Below are positions 1 to 8,704 of a DNA stretch of 25,976 nucleotides, piece after piece; the stretch's first letter is position 1; each line of letters begins with the position of its first letter. Origin of the DNA: a virus. The stretch is from UHGV virus genome UHGV-1612078, one strand, 5' to 3'. The translations under genes were made by a program, and so were the position numbers. The notes below the pieces were generated by a model, which did not search any database, had not been told where the DNA came from, and saw only the letters and a program-made list of their open reading frames with translations.

Positions 1-60
1 AGGTAGAGCAACTCACTTGTAATGAGAAGGTCGGCGGTTCGATTCCGTCAATCAGCACCA
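1..60 (+). tRNA. tRNA-Thr (anticodon UGU), 5' end truncated by window edge
   Basis: Anticodon arm actca-cTTGTaa-tgaga (UGU), T-arm ggcgg-ttcgatt-ccgtc, acceptor 3' strand then encoded CCA ending at 60. Window starts in the D-loop. Confidence 0.65.
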
Positions 61-61
61 A

Positions 62-136
62 GGCCCTGTAGCTGGAAGGTTCAAGCAAGCGACTCATAAT
101 CGCCAGATGGTGGTTCAATTCCACCCAGGGCCACCA
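62..136 (+). tRNA. tRNA-Ile (anticodon CAU, lysidine type; AUA-reading)
   Basis: Acceptor ggccctg/cagggcc, anticodon stem-loop gcgaCTCATAAtcgc as I recall for E. coli ileX and T4 tRNA-Ile, T-loop ttcaatt, encoded CCA. Confidence 0.8.
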
Positions 137-145
137 AATTAATTT

Positions 146-232
146 GGGGAGTTATCCCGTAGAGGTAGCGGTGTGGACTGTAAATCCATTGTCATTGCGA
201 CTCGGGTGGTTCGACTCCACCACTCCCCACCA
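146..232 (+). tRNA. tRNA-Tyr (anticodon GUA), class II with long variable arm
   Basis: Acceptor ggggagt/actcccc, anticodon arm gtgga-cTGTAaa-tccat (loop as I recall for E. coli tRNA-Tyr), about 15-nt variable arm, T-arm ggtgg-ttcgact-ccacc, encoded CCA. D-arm pairing is imperfect. Confidence 0.6.
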
Positions 233-236
233 ATTT

Positions 237-311
237 GGATGTGTAGCTCAATGGCAGAGCGATCGCCTGTTAAGCGATTGGTTATAGGTTCGAATCCTAT
301 CACGTCCGCCA
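237..311 (+). tRNA. tRNA-Asn (anticodon GUU)
   Basis: Full cloverleaf: acceptor ggatgtg/cacgtcc (one G-U), D-arm gctc/gagc, anticodon arm atcgc-cTGTTaa-gcgat, T-arm atagg-ttcgaat-cctat, encoded CCA. Confidence 0.8.
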
Positions 312-425
312 AATTTGTGACAACTGTCACATTAATATCTACTTGACGCGATTATAGGGGTTGAACTGATCACTCTTCTCTTAATTTCGTGTGAAGACAT
401 CTTGATTGTTGGAGTAGGTATTAAT

Positions 426-501
426 GTGGCCGTAGTTCAGTTGGTAGAACTCGAGATTGTGATTCTCGTAGTCATGGGTTCGACTCCCATCGGTCACCCC
501 A
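426..501 (+). tRNA. tRNA-His (anticodon GUG)
   Basis: Acceptor gtggccg/cggtcac, D-arm gttc/gaac, anticodon arm cgaga-ttGTGat-tctcg, T-arm atggg-ttcgact-cccat, discriminator C plus CCA. No encoded G-1 is seen. Confidence 0.7.
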
Positions 502-505
502 ATTA

Positions 506-581
506 CGGGGCATAGCTCAGAAGGAAGAGCAAGGACCTTCTAAGTCCTAGGTCGTAGGTTCGATCCCTACTGCCTCGACCA
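506..581 (+). tRNA. tRNA-Arg (anticodon UCU)
   Basis: Acceptor cggggca/tgcctcg, D-arm gctc/gagc, anticodon arm aggac-cTTCTaa-gtcct, T-arm gtagg-ttcgatc-cctac, encoded CCA. T4 tRNA-Arg also has UCU. Confidence 0.8.
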
Positions 582-599
582 ATTATAAGTGAGGAAAAT

Positions 600-950
600 A
601 TGAAAGGTAATGTTTATTTAGTAGTTCATGATTTAACATTCTATTTTAATCATAATGATACTGTTATTTCTGAACGTGTAATTAATTTGCTTTATCAGCA
701 TGCAGATTATGTTTATGTCGAAAACGAATATGGTCATTGGCAATTTCTCAAAAATCGTTCATTTGGTTTAGATGGTTACGAATATTTTGATCGTAAAGAC
801 CTTTTAGATACAATTCCGTTATCTACACAATATCAAAATCATAAGTCTTTACATAAATGCCGGCTAATTCGAAATGCTGAATCCGCGTATGAAGCAATTG
901 ATTTGTGGCGTAAACGCCGTGAATATATTGATTCTTTAAAAGAATATTAA
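600..950 (+). CDS. hypothetical protein (116 aa), first gene after the tRNA cluster
   Basis: Open frame with SD gagg about 8 nt upstream of ATG 600. No motif recognised. Confidence 0.6.
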   Translation: MKGNVYLVVHDLTFYFNHNDTVISERVINLLYQHADYVYVENEYGHWQFLKNRSFGLDGYEYFDRKDLLDTIPLSTQYQNHKSLHKCRLIRNAESAYEAIDLWRKRREYIDSLKEY

Positions 951-954
951 GAAA

Positions 955-1290
955 CCGGGTCGCTACCGGTAAGTCGTCGGACTGATGTTCCCTGGAGTAT
1001 AGTTTCCTCCCACAGTTTTACTGTGTTCTGGCTCTTTACTATCACAGCAGAAACGGCGCACCGAATTATCGATTCGAGGAAATATCTTTGCCGTAAGCCG
1101 AGTAGCGTTTTTGACGGAACGTTCGGATATGGTCGAGATATGGCCTTTTAAAAATATTGAGTAGCGTCAACTACTTAATAACCGGGTTCGAATCCCGGCG
1201 TTTCGTACAAACACTTGCCTTAGCAGGTGGAACCCCGACAAGGTTGCCGCAAGGCTTAGCCCCGACCGAAAGGTTGGGGCTTTTTAGTTT
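955..1290 (+). ncRNA. candidate structured noncoding RNA / tRNA-like element (GC-rich intergenic block)
   Basis: About 420 bp without a convincing ORF in a gene-dense genome. GC looks clearly higher than flanking sequence. Multiple hairpins (accgg-gtcgcta-ccggt; 10-bp stem tattgagtag/ctacttaata). Canonical T-arm ccggg-TTCGAAT-cccgg directly followed by cgtttcg, which can pair with cggaacg at 1113-1119 as an acceptor stem. Ends in a terminator hairpin. Confidence 0.3.
1259..1286 (+). terminator. rho-independent terminator
   Basis: Hairpin gccccgacc-gaaa-ggttggggc followed by a TTTTT run. Confidence 0.6.
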
Positions 1291-1375
1291 GAATCACTCG
1301 GATAACGCTGTTACGGATAGTAACAAAGTAATAAATAATTAATAACCAACCGATAAATTATTTCAAGGATTTTAA

Positions 1376-1939
1376 ATGAAAACCTATGCCGAATTTTTAA
1401 CCGAAGCAGCAAAATTACCATCTGAAGCAGATCTTACTAAAGTATTCTTCCAATTGGACCCAAAAGACCGCGGCGATTTTCTTAAGTGGAAAGCTAAAGC
1501 TATTGAAATGTACAACATCGATAATAGTTCTTTTACAATGAGTCAAGAAAATAAATTCAATAAAGCATTTTTCAAAATTTCTAAGAAATTGGCATCTGGC
1601 GCTCAGGTTCCTAAATCTGTGTTAGCTACTCCTGAACGCGCACCTGTTAAAATTTCTAAGAATATGTTCGACACTAAAAAATACGTTAATGCTTTGAATA
1701 AAGCTCTTGATGCATTGGATGATGCAAAGAAGGCAGCCCGCGATCTTCAAGACGTGTACACCGATTTTGACCGCAAAACTAAAGGTTCTATTTCAAATAG
1801 CGAACGCAATAGTGTAAGTGTTTATTCTGATAGCCTTGATGTTCTTGGCGATGCGTATACTGAAATTAAAAATCGTATTAACACTGCATCTAAGCTAAAA
1901 GCTGCTGCAGAAGCTATAATAAGTAAACTAGGTAAATAA
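1376..1939 (+). CDS. internal-protein-like packaged protein with N-terminal capsid-targeting sequence
   Basis: N-terminus MKTYAEFLTEAA matches the T4 internal-protein capsid-targeting/prohead-protease leader MKTYQEFI(A/T)E. Lys/Ala-rich body. Terminator immediately downstream. Confidence 0.65.
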   Translation: MKTYAEFLTEAAKLPSEADLTKVFFQLDPKDRGDFLKWKAKAIEMYNIDNSSFTMSQENKFNKAFFKISKKLASGAQVPKSVLATPERAPVKISKNMFDTKKYVNALNKALDALDDAKKAARDLQDVYTDFDRKTKGSISNSERNSVSVYSDSLDVLGDAYTEIKNRINTASKLKAAAEAIISKLGK

Positions 1940-1947
1940 TTTTAAAT

Positions 1948-1973
1948 CCCTATCTAAATGATAGGGCTTTTTG
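1948..1973 (+). terminator. rho-independent terminator
   Basis: Hairpin ccctatc-taaat-gataggg followed by cttttt. Confidence 0.6.
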
Positions 1974-2095
1974 GTATCTAGGCCTTTCTGGACCTCTCTA
2001 GGCATCATTTAGTTTATACCCTTTATAATATATTATCCTATCCTTTAATTGCCCATCCCTGCCCTAGAATTCCCTAAAAATTTTTTCACAAAACT

Positions 2096-2125
2096 GTTTA
2101 CATCTCTGTTCTTCCATGGTACTAT
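2096..2125 (+). promoter_or_regulatory. T4-type early promoter
   Basis: -35 GTTTAC at 2096-2101, 18-bp spacer, TGn-TACTAT. Same promoter and leader recur at 16925 and 19060. Confidence 0.5.
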
Positions 2126-2168
2126 ACAACTATCAACTACTGATACAGAAAACAACTTGGAGAATGAA

Positions 2169-2432
2169 ATGGATAATTACGGCGAACTGTTCAACTTCTT
2201 TATGAAATGCGTTTCAGAAGATTTCGGTCGTACAGTGAATGATATTAAAGTTATCGGTCCTGATCATCCGATGTTTGAAACTTACGCAGTAATGGGTAAT
2301 GAAGACGGTCAGTGGTATACTGTAAAAGTTGTGATTAATATGTTCACAGCAGAAGGTTATGTTAAACTGTCTTCTAAAGTTTACCATGATAACGACGAAA
2401 TCGCAGAAGAATATTTCAATAATATGAAATAA
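2169..2432 (+). CDS. hypothetical small protein (87 aa)
   Basis: ATG 2169 preceded by SD ggag. The upstream part of the track ORF 2049..2432 is translated promoter/leader (GTIQLST artifact). Confidence 0.55.
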   Translation: MDNYGELFNFFMKCVSEDFGRTVNDIKVIGPDHPMFETYAVMGNEDGQWYTVKVVINMFTAEGYVKLSSKVYHDNDEIAEEYFNNMK

Positions 2433-2533
2433 GTTTACGCAGGCTCATGATTGAGATATTATGAGCCTATAATTTGACGATAGAGTATTATACTCCTACG
2501 GATTTTAAATCTCAATTAACCTAAGGAAATACT

Positions 2534-3127
2534 ATGAACACACTGAAGAAAATTGTTGAGTTTATTCGCACTAAACTTGGTTCTGCTATGGCTAAAAATC
2601 TATCTGTCGAAGAACAGTATACTGCTGCAGCAGCAAAACTACTTGATAAAATTAAAGATCTAAAAACTGCTTCTGTTAAATCTATTAACGAAGAAAAACG
2701 TATTCGTGAACTTGTTATCGAAAAGAATCGACAGGCCGAATCAAAAGAGCGTGAAATTCGTAAACTTCTTTCCGAAGGCCAAGATGTAACAATGCATGCT
2801 AAACTCGGTTTACTATATCGTCGAACAGCTGAGCAGTTGACTACTAAGGCTGACGGTTATGCTGAAATGCGAATTGAAATCGCCAAGAAAGTAGTTGAGT
2901 TAGATGATGCTCGTCAAGAACTTGCGGTTAAATTGGAATATATCCGTGAAACTCGTGCAGCAAATGCCCTTGGAATTAGTACTGCTGATGATGTAGTTGA
3001 AATTGCAGCACTGACTAAGGTTGATATTGAAGATACCCTTACTCGAGTTGAAACCTTTAACGGTAATATTTCTGGGGTTGAAACTACCTCTGCCGATGTT
3101 CAGGAATACATTAATTCTCTGAAATAA
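2534..3127 (+). CDS. coiled-coil protein, possible PspA/IM30-like
   Basis: SD aagga then ATG. 197-aa helical, charge-rich sequence whose residue pattern resembles the PspA/Vipp1 helical core (e.g. [16 protein letters not shown] against recalled PspA LSETRARQQAL). Judged by eye only. Confidence 0.55.
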   Translation: MNTLKKIVEFIRTKLGSAMAKNLSVEEQYTAAAAKLLDKIKDLKTASVKSINEEKRIRELVIEKNRQAESKEREIRKLLSEGQDVTMHAKLGLLYRRTAEQLTTKADGYAEMRIEIAKKVVELDDARQELAVKLEYIRETRAANALGISTADDVVEIAALTKVDIEDTLTRVETFNGNISGVETTSADVQEYINSLK

Positions 3128-3129
3128 TG

Positions 3130-3152
3130 ATAAGGGGCTTCGGCCCCTTATA
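3130..3152 (+). terminator. stem-loop, possible terminator or stabiliser
   Basis: aaggggc-TTCG-gcccctt hairpin with UUCG tetraloop. The downstream T-run is weak. Confidence 0.4.
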
Positions 3153-3168
3153 CTTGGAGTAAATAGGA

Positions 3169-3783
3169 ATGAAAATGAAAATGCAAAGTGATTTCAATTC
3201 AATGTTTGAAGAGTTCCAAAGACAGGTTGATGTTCCAGACCAATTACTAAATGCTCTTAAACGCATGGCAGAAGGACGTAATTACTATTGGGGGTCTTCA
3301 TATGAAACTGATGAAAGCCTTTCCGGAAGATTTTCTAGAGGTAAAAAGTCTTTAATACGTCCTGGAATACTCATTAACAGTATTGAATCAATTCATTCAT
3401 TGACGTGTGATTTTGATGTTGAATTTACTGATTTCATTTCTCCTGAATGGACGGTTTGTTATTTAAACGACGATTTTGATTATCTCGGTGTTTATAGTTT
3501 AAGTGACGCATGGTTTAAACGTAATTTACAAAAGTCAAATTTATTTTATATTGATACTACTGTAAAATTTCAGGGCAAGAAATATTTCTTTACTCTTATA
3601 GTTGATTCTGAAACGAAGCATGAAAATAAACGTATTCTTAGTAAAAAGAATATCTTAACTATTGTTGATGATCTTTTTGATAAATTTGTAGAAAATCCCA
3701 ATTTTGAAAGTGATTTATTACTAGAAAAATTTGTTAAGGAATGTAGAGAATATGTCAAAACCATCACTATACCTTCCAAGTAA
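3169..3783 (+). CDS. hypothetical protein (204 aa)
   Basis: ORF with SD ggag upstream. C-terminus EKFVKECREYVK shares the junction motif seen in the following tandem genes. Confidence 0.6.
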   Translation: MKMKMQSDFNSMFEEFQRQVDVPDQLLNALKRMAEGRNYYWGSSYETDESLSGRFSRGKKSLIRPGILINSIESIHSLTCDFDVEFTDFISPEWTVCYLNDDFDYLGVYSLSDAWFKRNLQKSNLFYIDTTVKFQGKKYFFTLIVDSETKHENKRILSKKNILTIVDDLFDKFVENPNFESDLLLEKFVKECREYVKTITIPSK

Positions 3784-4144
3784 ACCTGTGAAGTATGAAC
3801 CAAAGCGTCAGCTAATTCCTACTGATATATTAATAGGTCCTGTGACAGCTATATCATTTGTAATTCTATTGATTATTGGAGGTGTTTTAGATGTTATGAC
3901 TGATATTGATTCTGGCGTAATATTTCTGTTAGTATTAATTCTTCCATTAGTAGTTCCATTTTTATTAGTACCTATAAATTGGGTAGGATACTGGTATCAA
4001 GGAAGACACTATCGTAAACGTGTACGTGATTGGAAAGCCCAGTGCAAAAAGATTAAAAAAGAACATCAGCTTAAACTTGATATGTATGAATTTAATGAAA
4101 TTATGAAATTTGTTAAGGAATCACGATGCAAAAGCCAAAATTAA
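3752..4144 (+). CDS. small membrane protein, paralog 1 of tandem array
   Basis: Two hydrophobic segments (AISFVILLIIGGVL; FLLVLILPLVVPFLLV). Start ATG 3752 after aagga. C-terminal motif FVKESRCK. Confidence 0.55.
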   Translation: MSKPSLYLPSKPVKYEPKRQLIPTDILIGPVTAISFVILLIIGGVLDVMTDIDSGVIFLLVLILPLVVPFLLVPINWVGYWYQGRHYRKRVRDWKAQCKKIKKEHQLKLDMYEFNEIMKFVKESRCKSQN

Positions 4145-4488
4145 ATAAAGTCAAATATTCGTTTCCTGAGGCACTATTAATTCTTGCTGTATCAGTATTT
4201 GCAGCTCTTGCGGGTAGTCTTATTGGATTGTTAATTGACTGTTTTATTTTAAACATTGACGGCACAGTAATTATAACAGAGGTTTGGAGTGAACTTCGTT
4301 ATACTATAGCGATTTCATTATTTTCATTCTTTGGTACTATGTTATATTTTCATTATGATAATTTTAAAATAAATTGGCAAAGAAAAAAAGATTACAAAAT
4401 ACAATTAAAAGAATATAATAGCTACATGTCTTATATTGAAAAAGAATCAATGGAAGAGTTTGTGAGTAATTGTAGGAAAATCAAATGA
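4126..4488 (+). CDS. small membrane protein, paralog 2
   Basis: Hydrophobic segments (LLILAVSVFAALAGSLIGLLI; ISLFSFFGTMLYF). C-terminal EFVSNCRKIK. SD aagga. Confidence 0.6.
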   Translation: MQKPKLNKVKYSFPEALLILAVSVFAALAGSLIGLLIDCFILNIDGTVIITEVWSELRYTIAISLFSFFGTMLYFHYDNFKINWQRKKDYKIQLKEYNSYMSYIEKESMEEFVSNCRKIK

Positions 4489-4969
4489 TTTTAAAAACTC
4501 GCTGGTATGATTTAGATGATGGGGACGATGGCATTTCAGTTGATAGAGTTGACTGGAATGGTTGTTCCGAAGATATGAAAAATTTGTTGATTAGGGAGTT
4601 TAGAATGGGATATCAAGCAGCTAAGCCATCTACTATAACAGACGATAAATTCGTGTGTATTCAAAACGGTCGTGCTAAGTTAACGAACGCTGAATGGTTT
4701 ACGGATAAGAATATGCTTCTGTGGTATATCATTAGTCTTCCTGTGTCATCATTCGTATTTTACTTCTTTGGAAAAAATCCAATGGACAGAATAGGAGATT
4801 GGGTTCTTTGTACTATATTTGTTAATATTTTGACAGCAGCAATATTATCTGGGATATGGTGTGTGTTCATTGAAATGCCATGGCGTTTACGCAGACAACA
4901 AAAGATTTTTGATGAAAAGAAATATACTCAAAATTTAAATAACTTTATCACTGAATGCAGGAAATTAAA

Positions 4970-4973
<4 letters not shown>
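4485..4973 (+). CDS. small membrane protein, paralog 3
   Basis: N-terminal soluble region then hydrophobic segments. C-terminal NFITECRKLK. ATGA overlap with the preceding gene. Confidence 0.6.
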
Positions 4974-5942
<969 letters not shown>

Positions 5943-5946
5943 AGTT

Positions 5947-5976
5947 GTTTACTTTCTCCTAGAATTGTGATAGTAT
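5947..5976 (+). promoter_or_regulatory. T4-type early promoter
   Basis: GTTTAC at 5947-5952 and a downstream tgtgaTAGTAT -10-like element. Confidence 0.4.
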
Positions 5977-6036
5977 ATTCACAGTTACTTGAAGAGCCAA
6001 ATTATTAATTAAAATATTTACATTTAAAGGATACAC

Positions 6037-6510
6037 ATGAAAACATATCAAGAATTTATTACTGAAGCAGCTATTAATTCTCAAATTATTGCTGAATCTT
6101 TTACTGATCTTTTGAAATTTAAAAAAGGACAGAAAATCACTGCTGTACTGGATGATGGTACAGAAGTTGAGATGGATGTACAAGGATATAATTATGCAGT
6201 AGATGGAAAACTGTATAATAAATCTCATGCTAAATTTGATTCATTTGACGACTTTGTTAATACAGTTGAAGATGAAAAAACTCGTCGATCCATTGCAACA
6301 GGTGATGCTAAGGTTCTTATGGCACATAGCCATGAACGCATTCGCGCTAAACAGAATAAAATGGGTGAAGATAATTTCGCATTAGTTGGTTATCAATCTG
6401 GTAAACAAACTTATGGCTATCAACGTACTGCTACCATGTATAATAAAAATGGTAAAATTGCCTTTGTAAATAGTAAAGGTTCTATTCAGTACGTTAAATC
6501 GTTCAAATAA
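6037..6510 (+). CDS. internal protein (IPIII/IPII-like) with capsid-targeting sequence
   Basis: N-terminus MKTYQEFITEAA is the T4 internal-protein leader. Position directly after e matches ipIII in T4 synteny. Confidence 0.75.
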   Translation: MKTYQEFITEAAINSQIIAESFTDLLKFKKGQKITAVLDDGTEVEMDVQGYNYAVDGKLYNKSHAKFDSFDDFVNTVEDEKTRRSIATGDAKVLMAHSHERIRAKQNKMGEDNFALVGYQSGKQTYGYQRTATMYNKNGKIAFVNSKGSIQYVKSFK

Positions 6511-6651
6511 TATGGGAACAACCTGGACCTTATGATTCTATAAGGGATTCCCGCCAACCTGTAATAAGGTCGAGCCCAAGTGCGGTAATGGGTAAATACA
6601 GAAATGGACAATTCATGCGCCATGGAATGGCCCAAACCTAGAGAGAACAAA

Positions 6652-7191
6652 ATGAGAACATTTTTAACTGGTCCTTATCTATCCCTGATGAATGCTTTTA
6701 CACACCATTCTGATGCTAGAGTAGAAGAAATTTGTAAAAACGAATATATCCCGCCATTTGAAGACTTACTTAAACAGTATTGCACACTTCGACTAGATGG
6801 TGGACGTCAATCCGGTAAATCAATTGCTGTGACTAACTTCGCTGCTAATTGGTTGTATGATGGCGGAACAGTTATTGTTCTTTCTAATACTTCAGCTTAT
6901 GCTAAAATTTCTGCAGATAACATCAAAAAGGAATTTTCGCGTTATTCTAATGATGATATACGTTTTCGTTTATTTACTGATTCTGTACGCAGTTTTATTG
7001 GTAATAAAGGAAGCAAGTTCAGAGGTTTATCGCTTTCGCGAATTTTGTATATAATTGATGAGCCTGTCAAATCTCCTGATATGGATAAGATTTATAGTGT
7101 CCATATTGACACTGTACACTGCTGCTGTAATATTAAATGTTGTATTGGTGGTATTACTCGTCCACAGTTTTTCGTAATTGGAATGCAATGA
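6652..7191 (+). CDS. small P-loop NTPase-like protein (Walker A GRQSGKS, Walker B LYIIDEP)
   Basis: SD agagag then ATG 6652 (MRTFLTG...). Walker A resembles terminase-type RQxGK(S/T). Cys-rich C-terminus. ATGA overlap with the next gene. Confidence 0.5.
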   Translation: MRTFLTGPYLSLMNAFTHHSDARVEEICKNEYIPPFEDLLKQYCTLRLDGGRQSGKSIAVTNFAANWLYDGGTVIVLSNTSAYAKISADNIKKEFSRYSNDDIRFRLFTDSVRSFIGNKGSKFRGLSLSRILYIIDEPVKSPDMDKIYSVHIDTVHCCCNIKCCIGGITRPQFFVIGMQ

Positions 7192-7517
7192 TGACAGACA
7201 CTCAGCTTTTCGAATATCTTTATTTTTCGCCAAAAACTATTAAAAATAAATTGGTGAATCATTTTGAAATTTTGGCAAATAACAACATTTTAAGCGAATT
7301 TTATCCCAAGCAATACAAATTACAAAAAGGTGTATTCAAAGGATGCAGAGTTTTGTGCACTGCTCCTAATGCACGGCTAATGAATAAAATTCCATATTTT
7401 ACCATGGAATTTATTGATGGACCTTTTAAAGGATTAATTACCCAAAGTTTAATGGCATATGATTCTGAGCCGTTTTTAATTAAAGAACAATCCTGGATAA
7501 ATTTATTTTCTAATTGA
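7188..7517 (+). CDS. hypothetical protein (109 aa)
   Basis: ATG-ATG start overlapping the upstream stop (translational coupling). No motif recognised. Confidence 0.5.
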   Translation: MMTDTQLFEYLYFSPKTIKNKLVNHFEILANNNILSEFYPKQYKLQKGVFKGCRVLCTAPNARLMNKIPYFTMEFIDGPFKGLITQSLMAYDSEPFLIKEQSWINLFSN

Positions 7518-7524
7518 GGTTTAT

Positions 7525-7887
7525 ATGAAAGCATATCAAATTCTTGAAGGCACACATAAAGGTACTATTTATTTTGAAGATGGTATTCAAGCACGAATTA
7601 TCGTTTCTAAAACCTTTAAAGAGGACTCTTTTGTAGACCCAGAAATTTTCTATGGTTTGCATGCCCGTGAAATTGAAATTGAGCAACAGCCTACAGTTAA
7701 AATTGAAGGTGGTCAACACCTGAACGTTAACGTTCTGCGTCGTGAAACTCTGGAAGATGCAGTTAAGCATCCGGAAAAATATCCGCAGCTGACCATCCGT
7801 GTATCCGGTTATGCAGTTCGCTTTAACTCTCTGACTCCGGAACAGCAGCGCGACGTTATCGCTCGTACCTTTACTGAGAGTCTGTAA
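7525..7887 (+). CDS. autonomous glycyl-radical cofactor (GrcA/YfiD-like)
   Basis: C-terminal about 60 aa ([60 protein letters not shown]) matches my recollection of E. coli GrcA, including the RVSGY glycyl-radical motif. SD gagg. Confidence 0.85.
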   Translation: MKAYQILEGTHKGTIYFEDGIQARIIVSKTFKEDSFVDPEIFYGLHAREIEIEQQPTVKIEGGQHLNVNVLRRETLEDAVKHPEKYPQLTIRVSGYAVRFNSLTPEQQRDVIARTFTESL

Positions 7888-8108
7888 TGGCAAAGATAAT
7901 TATTGAAGGTTCTAAAGATGTGCTAAATGCTTTCGCAGAATGGTTTAGTAATTCAGGCGAACAGCAATTTAATGAAGCGTGGAATATGGGTGATATTAGT
8001 GGAATTTATCCTACGACAGAAATTTCTGTTCAGGGATATGGCATTCATGAACCTATTCGTTTAGTTGAATATGATTTATGTACTGGTGAGGAAGTCAAAT
8101 ATGATTGA
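7887..8108 (+). CDS. hypothetical protein (73 aa)
   Basis: Start overlaps the upstream stop (taATG). Confidence 0.5.
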   Translation: MAKIIIEGSKDVLNAFAEWFSNSGEQQFNEAWNMGDISGIYPTTEISVQGYGIHEPIRLVEYDLCTGEEVKYD

Positions 8109-8367
8109 AGACATTAAGGGTTATAAGCCACATACTGAAGAGAAAATCGGTAAAGTGAATGCTATCAAAGATGCTGAAGTTCGTTTAGGACTTATCTTTG
8201 ACGCTTTATATGACGAATTCTGGGAAGCACTAGATAATTGTGAAGACTATGAATTCGCGAAGAATTATGCCGAAAGCCTCGATCAGTTAACTATTGCTAA
8301 AACGAAACTCAAAGAAGCCAGTATGTGGGCTTGTCGTGCAGTGTTCCAACCAGAGGAAAAATACTAA
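8101..8367 (+). CDS. hypothetical small acidic protein (88 aa); sits where T4 has vs.3/vs.4
   Basis: SD gaggaag then ATG 8101. Lies two genes upstream of regB. The positional equivalence to T4 vs.4 is inference only. Confidence 0.5.
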   Translation: MIEDIKGYKPHTEEKIGKVNAIKDAEVRLGLIFDALYDEFWEALDNCEDYEFAKNYAESLDQLTIAKTKLKEASMWACRAVFQPEEKY

Positions 8368-8645
8368 TGGCTCAATTAAGCGCAGGGTTTGGTTATGAGT
8401 ATTATACTGCCCCTCGTCGTGTATCTGTTGCTCCTAAGAAAATTCAAAGTCTTGATGACTTCCAGGAAGTAGTTCGTAACGCTTTCCAGGACTATGCACG
8501 TTATCTTAAAGAAGATTCACAGGACTGTCTCGAAGAAGATGAAATTGCTTACTATGAGCAACGTCTTGAACAGCTCAAAAATCTACATGAGGTTCGTGCA
8601 GAAGTTTCAAAGTCTATGAATAAATTGATTAGATTTAAAGAATAA
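8367..8645 (+). CDS. hypothetical protein (92 aa)
   Basis: SD gagg then ATG 8367. Immediately upstream of the regB promoter. Confidence 0.5.
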   Translation: MAQLSAGFGYEYYTAPRRVSVAPKKIQSLDDFQEVVRNAFQDYARYLKEDSQDCLEEDEIAYYEQRLEQLKNLHEVRAEVSKSMNKLIRFKE

Positions 8646-8647
8646 CT

Positions 8648-8677
8648 GTTTACTTTTCCTCTTGACTGTGGTATAAT
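8648..8677 (+). promoter_or_regulatory. early promoter for regB
   Basis: GTTTAC at 8648-8653, 18-bp spacer, extended -10 TGgTATAAT at 8669-8677. Confidence 0.6.
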
Positions 8678-8704
8678 TTTTCTATCAGTTAAGAGGAGAA
8701 CAAC

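Noticed and set aside
139-330. Minus-strand 63-aa ORF from the track
   Set aside because: Lies entirely antisense to the tRNA-Tyr and tRNA-Asn genes. No SD. Judged spurious.
1157-1342. 61-aa + strand ORF inside the GC-rich block
   Set aside because: No SD, Pro/Gly/Arg-rich translation typical of an out-of-context read of structured RNA, and it spans the terminator hairpin. Treated as noncoding.
2049-2168. N-terminal extensions of track ORFs containing 'GTIQLST' (also 16872-16988 and 19058-19117)
   Set aside because: These residues are a translation of the conserved early promoter/leader (ggtactatacaactatcaact). Real starts are the downstream SD-preceded ATGs.
6510-6651. Expected denV (endonuclease V) and ipII genes after the internal-protein gene
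   Set aside because: No ORF with a denV-like sequence was found here. Absence is noted, not a feature.
6203-7054. Alternative-frame + strand ORFs 6203..6385, 6857..7054, 10754..10939 and 16331..16525
   Set aside because: Embedded in the frames of longer, better-supported genes, with no independent SD.
7510-7893. Minus-strand 127-aa ORF; likewise 3570..3803, 4948..5163, 5959..6228, 7027..7233, 7301..7555, 8552..8776, 8866..9078, 10403..10696, 12726..12908, 13026..13241, 13201..13398, 15781..15996, 16627..16857, 17150..17389, 18905..19093, 21746..21928, 22068..22444, 22718..22954, 23063..23323, 24222..24635, 25457..25738
   Set aside because: All are antisense to well-supported + strand genes (several of known identity), lack SDs and are expected by chance in AT-rich sequence. 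The region appears transcribed in one direction.
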